Shown here: positions 50,894 through 64,000 of the stretch, piece after piece
Layout: every line of letters starts with the position of its first letter
How positions within the stretch are numbered: position 1 is the stretch's first letter
Source: Phoronis australis
Lineage: Eukaryota > Animalia > Phoronida
Direction: 5' to 3'
NCBI GenBank assembly: GCA_002633005.1
Contig: NMRA01000073.1
Location: 334,150 to 398,149, forward strand
Length of the DNA: 64,000 bases
Position numbers and translations under genes: made by a program
The notes under the pieces: model-generated
Seen by the model: the letters and a program-made list of their open reading frames with translations, nothing else
Told to the model about the DNA's origin: nothing
Databases searched by the model: none

Positions 50894-51429
50894 TATTGTG
50901 TTCAAAATTCCGGTTATGAGACAACAGACTGATATGGTTACACGGAAACTGCGAGTCGTGTCACAATATTTACGATTATCCCAGTTCTTTGACATGCTGT
51001 TCCTCTTGCTGATATTACAGACTGTATTTTGTTGTAGGTTTCCTCTTCATCGTCATGAGGCACATTTCAGTGCTCGGGGAAAATGAAGCTAAGTATATGT
51101 GGAAATGAGGCTCAGTTGTTCATCATAAAAAGCCTTAAAAAGAAAATATCTGCAATTTTAAAATGCACCCTCCAAAAACTCTGTCTCCCAAATTGTTTAG
51201 TGTCCTATATGCATATAAGCAGTCTTTAGAACACTACCATTTCCGAAAGTAAACATTTTGGTGTTCTACTCTCAGAACACCATAATGTTCATTTGTGTAC
51301 TGTGTATGTTCTAAAATTGAACAAATATGTTCTATTTTAGAACCAAACGACCCTGTGACGCTTCATTTCGTTTAGAGGGAAGTTAGCTTCAGCACCAGCA
51401 AATGCGCCGGGTAAATTAATTAAGAGGAA

Positions 51430-53110
51430 CCCGGCTTTATCTCTGAGAAAGTTTGCAAATGCAGCTTGTTCTTGTTAAATGATTTCACGAAAGCGTTTGA
51501 TTCTTTAGCACGTAACTTTATACATAATATCTTTCATTTATAATTTTGTTTCCATTAAAAGTTAGGTCAGAATGTTTTACAAAAACAAAACATCTTGGAT
51601 TATGTGATCAGACATGATAGTAATATCAATAGTATTATAGTTGGCAGCATGTATTTCAGTTCTGTATTTATGAGTACGCAGATGATACGCCTATTGCATT
51701 CGATGGACCTGAAGTTTTGTTGCAGTCTACTTTGACTGTTTTGAAAACATTGAAACAATTTCTCTGGCCTTCACATGAATATTGAAGAAACAAAAGCTGA
51801 AGAAAAGTTACTAAAAATAAAACCAGACATGGACAAAAATTAATTTTACTTTTCTTGGATTTGATCTTCAGGTCTAGGTAAAGGACATGGCTGGTCAAAC
51901 TTATTTGCATTACTTAAAAGACGAACAACTCCTATTGAGACATTGGTCAAGGCAAAACCAGACGCCCTTTGGAAGGGTTACTGTAATAAATATCTGGCTG
52001 TGTCGAAAATTATTCACTTTTTGATAGCCCTGCTAAGTCCGTCTAAAAATGTTTTGGCTGAAGTCGATTGTTCCTTCTCAAGTTACTGTGGCAAAGACGT
52101 AGTGATAAAATTAAACACACCTGGGATGTTCTTAGCTTTAAAAATGGAGATATCAAAATGATCAATATTTTTAATTTTTGTAAGGCTATTTAATTAAATT
52201 TGACAACAAAATACATAAGCAGTGTTTCAAAATCATCCCAGTAGTTATATTCTATATATTCAGAGATTCAAGGTTTTACTAAATTTGGTACTAAATTCTT
52301 AAAACGTAAACTACCAAATACAGTATTTATAATCAATACAAGTGATCCAGTACGATTATAAAGATTAGACAATTGTGAACATAGTCTGTTACATCGCCGG
52401 CGTCAGCGTTCAGCGATTGTTGCCGGGACTGTGATATATAAAGGAACTGTGGTGTTGGCCGGGTGTATTCAAATGTTCGACCTGGGTGCGGCAGTCGAGA
52501 GTCTGTCGTGACAAGGTGTAGACGTATCTATAAGCTGTTTGAACACTATGGAACGTTTGTGCCGACAGTGAAGACTTGTAACATTCAACGGACGAAGTGG
52601 GGACCGCAATTTGATGGTGTTCAAAGTCGCTGGGATGCTGAAAGGAAGGCACTGACCACAAGTGAACTGTGCTCAAACTGTGTAAAAAAAGAACTGGACA
52701 CTGACTCAGTGATATTAGTTTGAGTACCACGTGGGAGTGGTCGACCCAGTTATGATACTTCTTAGTGTTTTTGTGTAAACGTTTAATGTCAGATGCTTCA
52801 TTAAATATTGTTTCTTTTAAACTTGTTTTCTACTGAATTGCCTAATTAAAGTCACGTCGTGAGAACGATTCTCATTGGGATTTGTTCTTAAATTGACTCA
52901 AGGATAAGAGGTAATCTTGGTAAATTGGCCCACATACGTTTTCTGAAATGACCCCTGTTAATAATTGAGAGCTATGGGAGTGCAGTTTGGAAAATGCAAC
53001 AAGCAAAAGTAATATTTTGGGAAGATGGAGTGAGCCTTTTGATGCCAACTTATTAGGTAAACTTTCACAAACTTAAAAATATTTTAAACTTGTAATATAG
53101 AACTATTTCT
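51430..53110 (+). mobile_element. Highly decayed L1/Tx1-type RT fragment
   Basis: DFTKAFDSL near 51480 and EYADDT near 51672. Confidence 0.65.
52387..52867 (+). mobile_element. Possible solo LTR inserted in the LINE remnant
   Basis: TGTTAC start, TATATAAA and ATTAAA signals, imperfect end, 4-bp flanks AGTC/ATTC. Confidence 0.4.
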
Positions 53111-54217
53111 ATGTTGTTGGCTTACCAGTATCATTACTAGCTAACTTGCATATGAAGTTATTCAAAAGCAACAAAATTTTAAAAAACGTAATAAACCCGG
53201 GGAATGCTCACGTTATTTTGTGCATTATTTCGAGTCGCTATTCAACATGCAGCTCAAAAGTGCTGAAGATTCATCGAGAACATTTTCGCAGAATCTGCGA
53301 AATGGACTTAAATCAGAATAAGAAATTCCTGGTGTGAATTCAAGGTACTTGTTGAGTCAGTGAGATACCGTAGCACTAAAACAATCAAATTCCCGTAATG
53401 TACTTATAGAGTCGTGGAGCCTGCTTATGTTTCGTGTCATTTCCCCTCTTCGTAGCAACGATGAATCAAGTACTCTGTCATCTTACCATCACAGATTTTG
53501 ACCAAACGACGCCAGTTGCAAGCCAAGCGAATTCACATAGTTAGGAGTTCCCTGCTTGGTGAATACTGAACATGACAGGTTACAAAATACAATGTAAAAA
53601 TAATGGGACAGTGGTGTCGGATTTTCGCGAAATAAAGGCCTCAAAACAGAATGGCTGACAAGTTACGCAAGCTTTCTACATCCCCAATGCAAAGTAAAAA
53701 GCGAACAGTAAAACATGGAATATTCGCTAGTACGTTTGAAAGGTTTGATTTGCCAAATTTTTAAGACGTGGCACTGAAACTGCCCAAGTATCTGCGCAAC
53801 GAGTGACGTGATTCTGCAGAGATTGCCAGTGAAAATTGGAAACATTCGCTAACCTATTGAGACTCGTTGTAAAGGAGCCGGAGACTGAAAACGACCCTAT
53901 TTTGGAAGGACGACTATGTCAAAATAAACAAAATGGTACAGAGTGGTATATGACGGTACAAAAAAGTGTCGTCACTAACGCTGCTAGATCTCTTATTTTT
54001 ATTTTTGATAACGTCATAATATGTTGTATGTACCAATGCAGCATAGTGAAGTAAATTCAATGTTTTATTTTATTGTTGACCACTCTCTATCAGTTCAAAT
54101 ATTTTAATTTTCTTGCATGAATCAAAAATTTCAGCAGGAATATTGAGCTCTGCACTGTGTTCTGCAATAAAAAGTGGACAATATTTTGATGGCCAATGGG
54201 TGGACCGAAACTGTTAA

Positions 54218-57200
54218 GAGTCACTGCATGAGAACGTCAGGCAATTTGCAATATTAGGGGAACATGACAAGTCACGAATTTTGAATTTGTTGGGGTACAT
54301 ATATCACTTGGGCTGAATTAGCTACAAAAATATAAAAATTAGTTTTGTCATTCGTCAGTTTGTAAATATATAACGAATAACTAATTTGGGTGAAAAAATG
54401 GCCTAACCCCTTGTGCGCGACTGTTGAAAATGCCCTATGTTTCTATGGGTATTAAACCACTTTGCGGGCGTTTAAAAAATAAAAAAAAAACTGATTGAGT
54501 TATATACAACTATCCTTTTTGTAATTGAGAATGCCAAAAATAATTCAGAATGACGTATTTTGATACTTTTAAGGAACGTTTGAATGCCTTGCCTCCACGG
54601 GCCAAATACAGTTACCAATTTAGACCTACTGTATATAGAGGCCTATGTAATACAAGCGCGCAAAAACGCACACCCCACACATGGGTTCTGTGATAGCTAC
54701 AGCTCTCGTCTTTGAAAAGTGATCGTTATTTCCGTGGACAGCACCTTCTTTAATTCTCGAATTTACACTTTAGCGGAGGCACTTTCACCACTTTCACCTG
54801 TTTCATACTGCCACCAATAGAAGGCGGCAAAGCAGAAAATATGAAAAATATGATCCGAATTGGAAGTAAATCGTAATAAAAAATCAGATTACATTTTATT
54901 CAAGATAACCAGAATTGCTTCCGGCGTTCTTTTAGCGAAATATTGCGTTATTGACATTAGCTAAGAAACGGAATTAGGTTCACGAAAATAGGTCACGCTC
55001 TGAAGGAAATCGGCAATAGCCAGCGAGCCGCTATGTTACAACAAAGATATTGTAAAATACCTGAAAAATGTCAACGCAATAGACCACTTGGAAGAATGGG
55101 AGTTGATTGGCAATCTGGCACGAATGGGAGTGTGAGAGACAAAGGAACTGGCCAGCCTGTTAGAACAAAAGATCATATGTCCAAAGCACCGTATGTGGCA
55201 GTATCTAGGTTGTAAGCCAAGGTGTACGTTTGCAGCCCAAGGAATGCAAAGGATGTTCACCACTCAATCCCAGGACTACGTCAACTTAACTTCTCATTTG
55301 AAGGTGAGCTACGTAACAATTCATATTTTTTCTCAGAAATCTCACTGTGATTAGTCATACCATCTGAGAACTAGTTTCAGCTGTGTATGAGGTCCAAAAC
55401 AAAATTTAAACATTTGATGGAATGGAATATTCTTTCATAATTTGAATTTTAAAAAGGACTTGTTCTCTAATGCTTAAAACTAAGTTACCTATTTCAACTA
55501 GAAAAGTGGTTGGTTTGAAAGCATATGGGATCGGAGATGGGGTGATTTTGGGGAATCCTGCTTCTGATTGCAAACCAGTGGAACTATTGGTTGAGGTATG
55601 TCATGTTGAATCCTCATTGAGACCTTTCACCAGTTTCAGCAATCGAAAGACGAAGATATTCCTGTGTCCAAAAGGTGGCTGTAACATCACTTTTGCCTCT
55701 CGAAACGAACTCAAGCAGCAAGTTAGCATTTGCTGGCATGATAAACAGCCAACAGCACTTGAATATAATCGCTGATGTGAAGAGAAAGAGGGTTGCCAAA
55801 GTCACTGGTATACAAGGTGAAGTTCATGATCTAACAGCATGCTCGTTGAACTCAATTTGGCATCACAAATCCATAAGTTTGACATATGACCTTTGTTGTG
55901 CATTTTAGTCACTGACTGTTCCAAGTTGACTTAATAGTCAACATGGAAATGCGCTGTGTGATGTCATACAATGTATATTACAACCCAACAAAAAGTGAAG
56001 CTGTTGTGGAACATGCTACTCAACAGCCTTTTCAGCCGTGGCTTGGACATTCGCACAAATTCAGGCTGGATTTTTTTGACGTGGATTAATGTATCAATCA
56101 TACCACTCAAACAGCACAACTCTTTCACTTATGACCACAGCATTTGGATTTTGTAAGCTCATTTTGTGAATTCACAAAACATGGCTACCCATCCAAAAAG
56201 CATGGCTCCTGGTGTTGCATCCAGCTTTGTTACCTTTAAACACTTCTCACACAGTCTTCCCTAAGTCGTGCACACGATTCTCAGTCACGTGAGTTTTTGA
56301 ACTGATTAATGGTTGCAAAAGCTGTGTTTGATTTGTGTGAACAGGGATCAGCTTACAATTAGATGTGTGAGTGGTGTTCACGAGTGTTTGACAATTGTTG
56401 TTCTGATAGCCTGCCAATGGAGTAGGAAACATATACTATCTTATTGAATTTTACATTTTCAGGTGTAAAAATGCAGGCACCTAGTACCCAAACAGCAGGA
56501 GAGTCATACAGCACAATGGGGTGGGCTCTGAAGTCAGCATAAAGGTCTGAAATAATGACGGAAAGCGTAAAGATGTTTTTGACTGATGCGTTCAACGAAG
56601 GTCAAAAAAGCTATCCAATGAGGTGTTCTCAACAAACAAGAACTACAAGACACAATCATAGAACTGGTGTTTGAATATCTTGAGCAGTATCCAATCATGT
56701 AGATCGTAATCATCATTGTTACTGTATTCTTGTTGTGCACCTTATGGTGTGTCTATTGCTATGAAGTAATGTTGCTAGTGAGTTTGAATCCTTGATATTT
56801 TCTGTGAAATTTCTTCTCAAGTCAAGTGTCCCTTTAACTGTCATTTCCAGGTTATTTGAATGTATACATGTACATTAATATACAGTACAAGCCAAACGTA
56901 TCCTGACAAAATAACCCGGAATTCCTCGCCATGACAGCTGGGGCAAAAGAAGAATTCGTGGTCAAAGTGGTCTTCCTTTGTGACTGAAAATGAAGTTTAA
57001 CAGGAAAGTTAGTATGGTGGCTAAGTCATTCTGTAATAAGCTATGTAATAAGCTGTGGTAATAGTTATTACCAGTCATTTGTTCATTAACAGGACTAGCC
57101 ATCAGGTGGTGCAAAGATTTATAGTGTCTGATTAATTTTGCCTTGTTCCGTATGACTGTTTGCAAGCATGCGTGTGTAGGCCCATTATGCTGTCATCCTG

Positions 57201-59565
57201 GTCTTTTTGTCTGGCATCTGCTGAGTTGCATCTCCAAATCCTTGGTGAATGTGAAATTTTACAAATGAGATGACAAAAGAGAGTTTTGGGATGTACTTGA
57301 CTACCACTGTGCCCCTTGTGGCAACTTAACTTCTTCATGTTAGTCTCTTTATCTAGCAAGTTCCTTGACTGATTTTCATCAAATTTCCCAAATTAGTGTC
57401 AGTTATGAAGACAGCCGCGTTTTCATACTTCCTGGCGTACCTATGTAATCTGCACAGAAACGTTGCCATTGAGATGAGCACGACTGACAATGATTGTTGA
57501 TTGGATGATCTCCTATGGTGCCCTTTAATGGCAGTGCTGTAGGAGTAAAATTAAAGGTAAGTAGGCGCCCAAAGCCCACCGTATCACCTTGAGCACTGAG
57601 CGTAACTTATGGTGCGTAGGCATTACGTTCAAATGCCAAAAGGTGGTTGGTTGCGCCTACCTGTGCGTACGCGCCACTACAGCACCGCTTAAGGGCAATT
57701 TAGGTTTTCTTTATGTATGCCTCTATATCTACCAAGTTTCGTGATGTATTTTCGGGCAATATGGTATATTTGTTTTTGTTGAGGAAACGAGAACAAACTG
57801 CTATTTTCGGCTGGACTTAAAATATTCTGTGTCACTAAATATTATTATTTCTGGCAACAGCCTCTCGGTCCTTGGAATTGCTCGGAGGATAGTTCTGAAA
57901 TTTTGCTCATGTGTTCCTATTGAGATGATCACGACTGACAGGTTTTCTGATGGGTGCAATCACCGAGACGCCCGGAGTGGCAATTTGTTTGTTTATCTGC
58001 GCTGCAATATGTACAAAGTTCTGTTGGTGAATCTGGGTGCAATTTGATGTATGTGTTACATTATTGAGGAGAGTATGCCCGGCATAAATTTTGGGACATG
58101 TCTGAGTGCTGTTGCGTCCTCTAGCGGTTCTGTATCAACCAAGTATCTTGATGTATGGAATTTGGCAAGAATGTGACAGCGATTGTCTTGTTTCAGACGA
58201 ATATAATGTATGCTGCACCACCTAAAGGTTTTTTATTTTATATATTACATAGTATTAACATCCCTGGAACCATAATGCCAGATCACTTTCCGTATCTCCT
58301 GTTTTTGTATGGTGTTGACAAAAATGCAGTGTGATGTAGACTATGATTTCATTTTTACTTATTTTGATCAAAGATCTCCATACCCAAGACTTGACGTTCA
58401 CAACCTGTTTTAACACCCACACTTGTATAACACACATATGTACTATAATCAATTTACAAGTGGGAAACTAAATTGTCCTATCCATAGCTCGATGTCAACC
58501 ATGACCAAAGGCTGCGTTGTATAAATTTCCTGTGTAATAAATACTGCACTGATGTGTTTTTCTATGTGTTGCAAGTCAGAGTTTTCATGAGTATTAGATA
58601 ATAAAACACTTAAGTTCACCGAAACCTTACGTAAAATAATTTGACATTTTCGTATTCTGCCTGTATTTTGAATTCATAGCACCACTGCAATTGCTAGTGG
58701 TTTTACATCTGATGCCCAGTTTAACCAATGACATTCCTAGGCCTATGTAGTATTCTTATGTACTTCTCGAATTCATATTGTGTTAGGGATGTTCTATAAT
58801 CACGGTTGGAATCTTCTGATCCATTCTCATCCGAACCTGCAATGCTTCATCGAATCTACGTTTCAGTCCTTTACTTTGCAATCGTCATCACTAAAATGGA
58901 AGTCCCTGTGTTAATTGTAAATACAACTGGCTGAAACGTTGCTTCAAGAACTGTTGAGTGGAGGTTGGCGAAAACACTCCTATAGAAATAGCAATAGCCA
59001 ATATAGGTTTCCGTGCATTGGATAGTAAGCCAGATTTCTCAAAGTTACACGCTTGGGCGCACTCTAAAATATTTACTTGGCACTGCGTAATGAGAACGAC
59101 TTGTTCAACAGAAGGTTCATTTTTCCGACTCGGTAAACCGGTGAGTGTTTTTGCGCGGTAAAAGAAATAACGATCGAATATAGGGCATTTCCACCAATTA
59201 CACAGCTTGACTCAGGTGGGTTGAATAAGTAACAAAAGTAGCTAATTTGCGAATACGTTTCAACTATGAATTTTACATTTTCATGTAGACAGAAGTTGTG
59301 TTTATTCAGTATGTCCTTCTTAATTTCTGTTACTTTGTCGTTTTTGCACAGTGATGCAACGAAAATGCTAAAATTTGATGGTTTCCGAAGCCATGAACTA
59401 GCCAAAATTTCGAGGTGGCAGTTTTCTGTGAAGAAGTTAGATATTTTAAATAAAATTATTTTAGGTGTTAACCATTCCACCTAAGAGTAAATCTAAGCTT
59501 TATTCCAAAAACATCCGTGATATGTCATGTTTCCGCATCTGCCTGACTTTCTCATGCAGTTACTC
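54218..59565 (+). mobile_element. Sola3-like DNA transposon (decayed)
   Basis: TTAA|GAGTCACTGCATGAGAACGTCAGGCA ... TGCCTGACTTTCTCATGCAGTTACTC|TTAA. Remnants IPGLRQLNF, GLKAYGIGDG and FLCPKGGCNITF at 55260-55720. Confidence 0.72.
57520..57698. mobile_element. Small inverted-repeat element nested in the Sola3-like copy
   Basis: TGCCCTTTAA..CAGTGCTGTAG / CTACAGCACCGCTTAAGGGCA. Confidence 0.45.
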
Positions 59566-60926
59566 TTAAGCACTCAGCGTGTTGTATTTGTCTTCGGTGG
59601 TTTTCCTTTGGCCTTGAAGATCTCGACTAGTACCTGGGACGAGTATATACATTGCGTAAACAATCCATGGGCTGTTTTTATTCCCGTCTGAGGGAAATTT
59701 TATTTCGAAAACATCTTCTGAAAATGAGAAAAGTACATTAGCAAAATCTAAAATTTTTTGAGTGCTTTTAAAAAACAGTCGGTAAATGCATCGATTTTCG
59801 TCCCATTTCTTCAATGCGTGTCTCTCCCGAGAGCTTAGTACCAAACAAGCAGACGATCCTTCCTGATTGGAACGCTAAGTCCCGCGTGACTGCGCTCCAC
59901 GCTAAAGAAGATGGCGGACGACCTTCGGAGCCTGACGATGATAGGTATCCCGACGATACTGGTACCTAGCTGTATTTTAGCAATAGCCTTCATGCAGCTG
60001 GCTGGCTGGCTAGGCCCCAGGATGAACCAACATCACAGGGCAGAAAAACAAAAAGTGGTAAATATGCACATGCAAGTTGAAGTGTTGCCTGGAATACGTA
60101 CTCCCACGGACATTGACCTACACCTCTTTGTGCTGTACAGACTCAGTGACGACATGAAAAACAGCGCTCGCAGTGGGTTTTTACTGAACTCATATTTAAA
60201 TTTTTCAAAGTAAAATATTGTGCATTATTTAAGAAGATGTGAATGTTAATAACCTATTTTTATACCTTAAAAATTAATACCAACATGCTAAAACACGTGA
60301 AATCTCTTTTTTAAAAGTCTCTAAGTTACACAGTACTAAACAAGCAGGTCCTTAAAAAGTTAGTGGTCAAATCCATAACGTATCGGAAGTTCCCGAATGC
60401 GCTGACTCTGGGGTTGCACTTCACAGGTGTAGACTCAGTGCACTGGTCACAACTGGAAAATCTCAGGTTTCAGTGGGTATCGGAACAGCATCACATCGAT
60501 TTCTAGTTACATGTATATTACCAGTTGCAAGCTCTAACTCTACAGAGCGATGTTGATCAGACACTGCTAAAGACGATCGATTTAAATCACGAATGGGCAT
60601 CGTTGACCGTTATCCAACCCCGACTTCTCCTTTACACGATAGCGCGAGTCTTATCCATGTGCCATTCTGACTGGCTCCTCAGTTTTAGATAATTGCTATT
60701 GTCGGAAGTGTCGTTCTCACTTCCGGAGTAGAGGACGAGCGGGTGATCGCCCGTTCGCGATAGACGTACTGCGATACACCAACAATACGGGTGCTCATTT
60801 TTCTTCAAACGAGAATTCACAGGTCGGAAAAAACGTTCCGTTTCCCCGTTTGCTTGGGGGTGGGTACCTCGGAGAGCTCGTGTTACTGTATGTTAAAGTC
60901 AAATTCCATCGGGAATTTCGCGAACT

Positions 60927-61968
60927 CGGCTGATGCATAGCAAGGCCCATCTCGGCTGATGCATAGCATGACCCATGTCGGCCGATGCATAGCATGGCCC
61001 ATCTCTGCTGATGCATAGCATGGCCCATCTCTGCTGATGCATAGCATGGCCCATCTCTGCCGATGCATACATGTAGCATGGCCCATGTGGGCCGATGCAT
61101 AGCATGACCCATGTCGGCCGATGCACAGCATGGCACATCTCTGCTGATGCATGGCATGGCCCATCTCTGCTGATGCCTAGCATGGCCCATCTCTACTGAT
61201 GCATAGCATGGGTCATCTCTGCTGATGCATAGCATGGCCCATCTCTGCTGATGCATAGCATGGCCCATCTCTGCTGATGCATAGCATGGCCCGTCTCTGC
61301 TGATTCAATTGCATGGCCCATCTCTGCTGATGCATAGCATGGTCCATCTCTGCGGATGCATAGCATGGCCCATCTCTGCTGATGCATAGCATGGACCATC
61401 TCTGCTGATGCATAGCATGGGCCATCTCTGCTGATGCATAGCATGGTCCATCTCTGCTGATGCATAGCATGGGCCATCTCTGCTGATGCATAGCATGGCC
61501 CATCTCTGCTGATGCATAGCGTGGCCCATATCTGCTGATGCATAGCATGGCCCATTTCTGCTGATGCATAGCATGGCCCATCTCTGCTGATGCATACATG
61601 TAGCATGGCCCATGCCAGCCGATGCATAGCATGGCCCATCTCGGCTGATGCACAGCATGGCACATCTCTGCTGATGCCTAGCATGGCCCATCTCTACTGA
61701 TGCATAGCATGGGCCATCTCTGCTGATGCATAGCATGGCCCAGCTCTGCTGATGCATAGCATGGTCCATCTCTGCTGATGCATAGCATGGGCCATCTCTG
61801 CGGATGCATAGCATGGCCCATCTCTGCTGATGCATAGCATGGCCCATCTCTGCTGATGCATAGCATGGGCCATCTCTGCTGATGCATAGCATGGTCCATC
61901 TCTGCTGATGCATAGCATGGGCCATCTCTGCTGATGCATAGCATGGGCCATCTCTGCTGATGCATAGC
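60927..61968. repeat. 26-bp minisatellite (CTGATGCATAGCATGGCCCATCTCTG)n running into gap 61969-62659
   Basis: About 40 visible tandem units. Confidence 0.97.
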
Positions 61969-62990
61969 NNNNNNNNNNNNNNNNNNNNNNNNNNNNNNNN
62001 NNNNNNNNNNNNNNNNNNNNNNNNNNNNNNNNNNNNNNNNNNNNNNNNNNNNNNNNNNNNNNNNNNNNNNNNNNNNNNNNNNNNNNNNNNNNNNNNNNNN
62101 NNNNNNNNNNNNNNNNNNNNNNNNNNNNNNNNNNNNNNNNNNNNNNNNNNNNNNNNNNNNNNNNNNNNNNNNNNNNNNNNNNNNNNNNNNNNNNNNNNNN
62201 NNNNNNNNNNNNNNNNNNNNNNNNNNNNNNNNNNNNNNNNNNNNNNNNNNNNNNNNNNNNNNNNNNNNNNNNNNNNNNNNNNNNNNNNNNNNNNNNNNNN
62301 NNNNNNNNNNNNNNNNNNNNNNNNNNNNNNNNNNNNNNNNNNNNNNNNNNNNNNNNNNNNNNNNNNNNNNNNNNNNNNNNNNNNNNNNNNNNNNNNNNNN
62401 NNNNNNNNNNNNNNNNNNNNNNNNNNNNNNNNNNNNNNNNNNNNNNNNNNNNNNNNNNNNNNNNNNNNNNNNNNNNNNNNNNNNNNNNNNNNNNNNNNNN
62501 NNNNNNNNNNNNNNNNNNNNNNNNNNNNNNNNNNNNNNNNNNNNNNNNNNNNNNNNNNNNNNNNNNNNNNNNNNNNNNNNNNNNNNNNNNNNNNNNNNNN
62601 NNNNNNNNNNNNNNNNNNNNNNNNNNNNNNNNNNNNNNNNNNNNNNNNNNNNNNNNNNNGGGCTTTAGCCCGCCACTTTTTTCAGTGCTGCGCCGCCCAT
62701 GTGAAAGCGTTCTTTGCCAACTGTATCGCCCTTGGCCGATTATTCCACCTTTTAATTTTTCCACCATCAAAACCGTCCTGCTTTTCGATACACGGCGACA
62801 CTGTCATATTATTAAATACGACTGTAAATCCCAACGCGACATTGCACTATTTCCCGTTCGACTAAAAAAAAAACGGGACGTTTCATGTTTTTGAGGCACC
62901 CGCAATTGCCCATTTGACTTAAGAATGCCGTGGGGCGCTTTTGAGTGTAACGTCTCCCGTTCGCCAAAAGGCTGTCGGGACGTTTGTGTG

Positions 62991-63813
62991 GGATTGTTTT
63001 AAAACCCCCTTGACTCCTTCGACCCCCACACTCCACGACCCTCTCGAGTCACTACCCCTTCGACCTTCAACCTGTGCCAATAGATGTATCTGCGCTTTTT
63101 ACATATTTCATAATCATATTTTACGTCAATGAATGACTTTTCCACTAGACTTACACGTGAATTCCTCTGGCTCAAATTTGGTAATTAAAAACAGAAAGTG
63201 GCGGAAGGACATAATCTGAAATACCTAATTGTGAGAGTGTTATCATTGCCACGAAATAGGTCCAGGAGCGGCTACCAATGGCCCTGTTCTGCTCAACTGA
63301 GGGAGATAGTAGGCTAACGTGAAAGGACATATTTTCGAACTTTTATTATTTGCTTTCCATTCGTTTACAATACACTCCATGTAACACTGAAATACTATAT
63401 AATTAACAATTTGTTTTTAAAGTGCTGTACTTACTGAAGAAATTACATATTCGTCGGTTCCTCGAAGTCTCTCAAAAAGCTTAAATCTGCCATTCAATAA
63501 AGAGCAGACGAGCCAATTACACTTTGCCAGAAACGACATTTGTAAAATTGGTGGGTCTTTGATTTGATTTCGTCGCCTTTTTCTACTTTTGGATTTCAAA
63601 CTTGCCGAGTCTACTCACTTAATTGCAAAAAAGCAGAAAAGCCAGCCGAGCTCACGGCCCGACACGTTGGTCCTGCAAATCAGCGCTTGTTCCATGTTCA
63701 GAGCGAGTCGAGCTTGTGTAGACTGGGTCGAGGGTGTTGTGGGCCGTGGGGGTTGAGACTTGAGGGGGTCGTGGGTCGAGGGGTGTGTGGGTCTATAGGT
63801 TTTAGAACAATCC
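62991..63813. mobile_element. MITE with GGATTGTTYTAAAACC termini and CGACC-rich subterminal repeats, nested in a probable hAT-like element ending near 63947
   Basis: Inverted termini at 62991 and 63813; flanks contain CGGGAC motifs and GTTGACAACACTA. Confidence 0.55.
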
Positions 63814-64000
63814 GTTTTTGTGCGTTGCGGCGACTTTTTCACCCTTGGGTTTTGGCAAGACCCTGACGCCCCGCTTTTTATCCAGAAGTCCCGCATTTCA
63901 ATCCAGATGTCTCATTATTTTTTCATTCGCGAATGTTGACAACACTATGGAACATGTGATCATTTATGTTTTTAATGAAACAAATATTACGTGTATGGGA

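Larger units (their letters stand above)
45664..51379 (-). mobile_element. EnSpm/CACTA-like element remnant with a decayed accessory ORF; hosts nested insertions
   Basis: TA|CACTCTAA left end and imperfect TTAGAGGG right end; AGAACAC/GTGTTCT subterminal repeats at both ends; minus-strand exon remnants (47631-47736 IILEF; about 46200-46330 LAIYYVFDLAYP..GLFQEF). Confidence 0.55.

Noticed and set aside
60795-62865. Long ORFs over the 26-bp array
   Set aside because: They arise from a stop-free repeat unit and N runs; no domain or splice support.

Overview
This is eukaryotic (metazoan, probably marine invertebrate) genomic DNA: it has spliceosomal introns, satellites and three N-gaps, and no prokaryotic operons or CRISPR arrays. 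I can support two host genes, both on the minus strand. (1) A spliced, secreted protein gene (CDS 11903 down to at least 72, running off the left edge) with signal peptide, Kringle, IgGFc-binding (FCGBP N-terminal) domain and DxDxDGxIDE acidic motifs. (2) A single-coding-exon DUF229/sulfatase-fold gene (38453-40441). The rest is mostly decayed and nested transposons: TTAA-flanked Kolobok-type derivatives (one with long TIRs, carrying fused THAP-transposase and KolX/P2X7-tail-like remnants), a spliced SWIM-YqaJ nuclease pseudogene, a deleted BEL/Pao LTR element, Academ-, Sola3- and EnSpm-like elements, L1/Tx1 fragments, a 5-bp-TSD MITE family, a tRNA-like inverted-repeat element and two minisatellites. 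All family assignments come from motif recognition by eye; no database searches were run.
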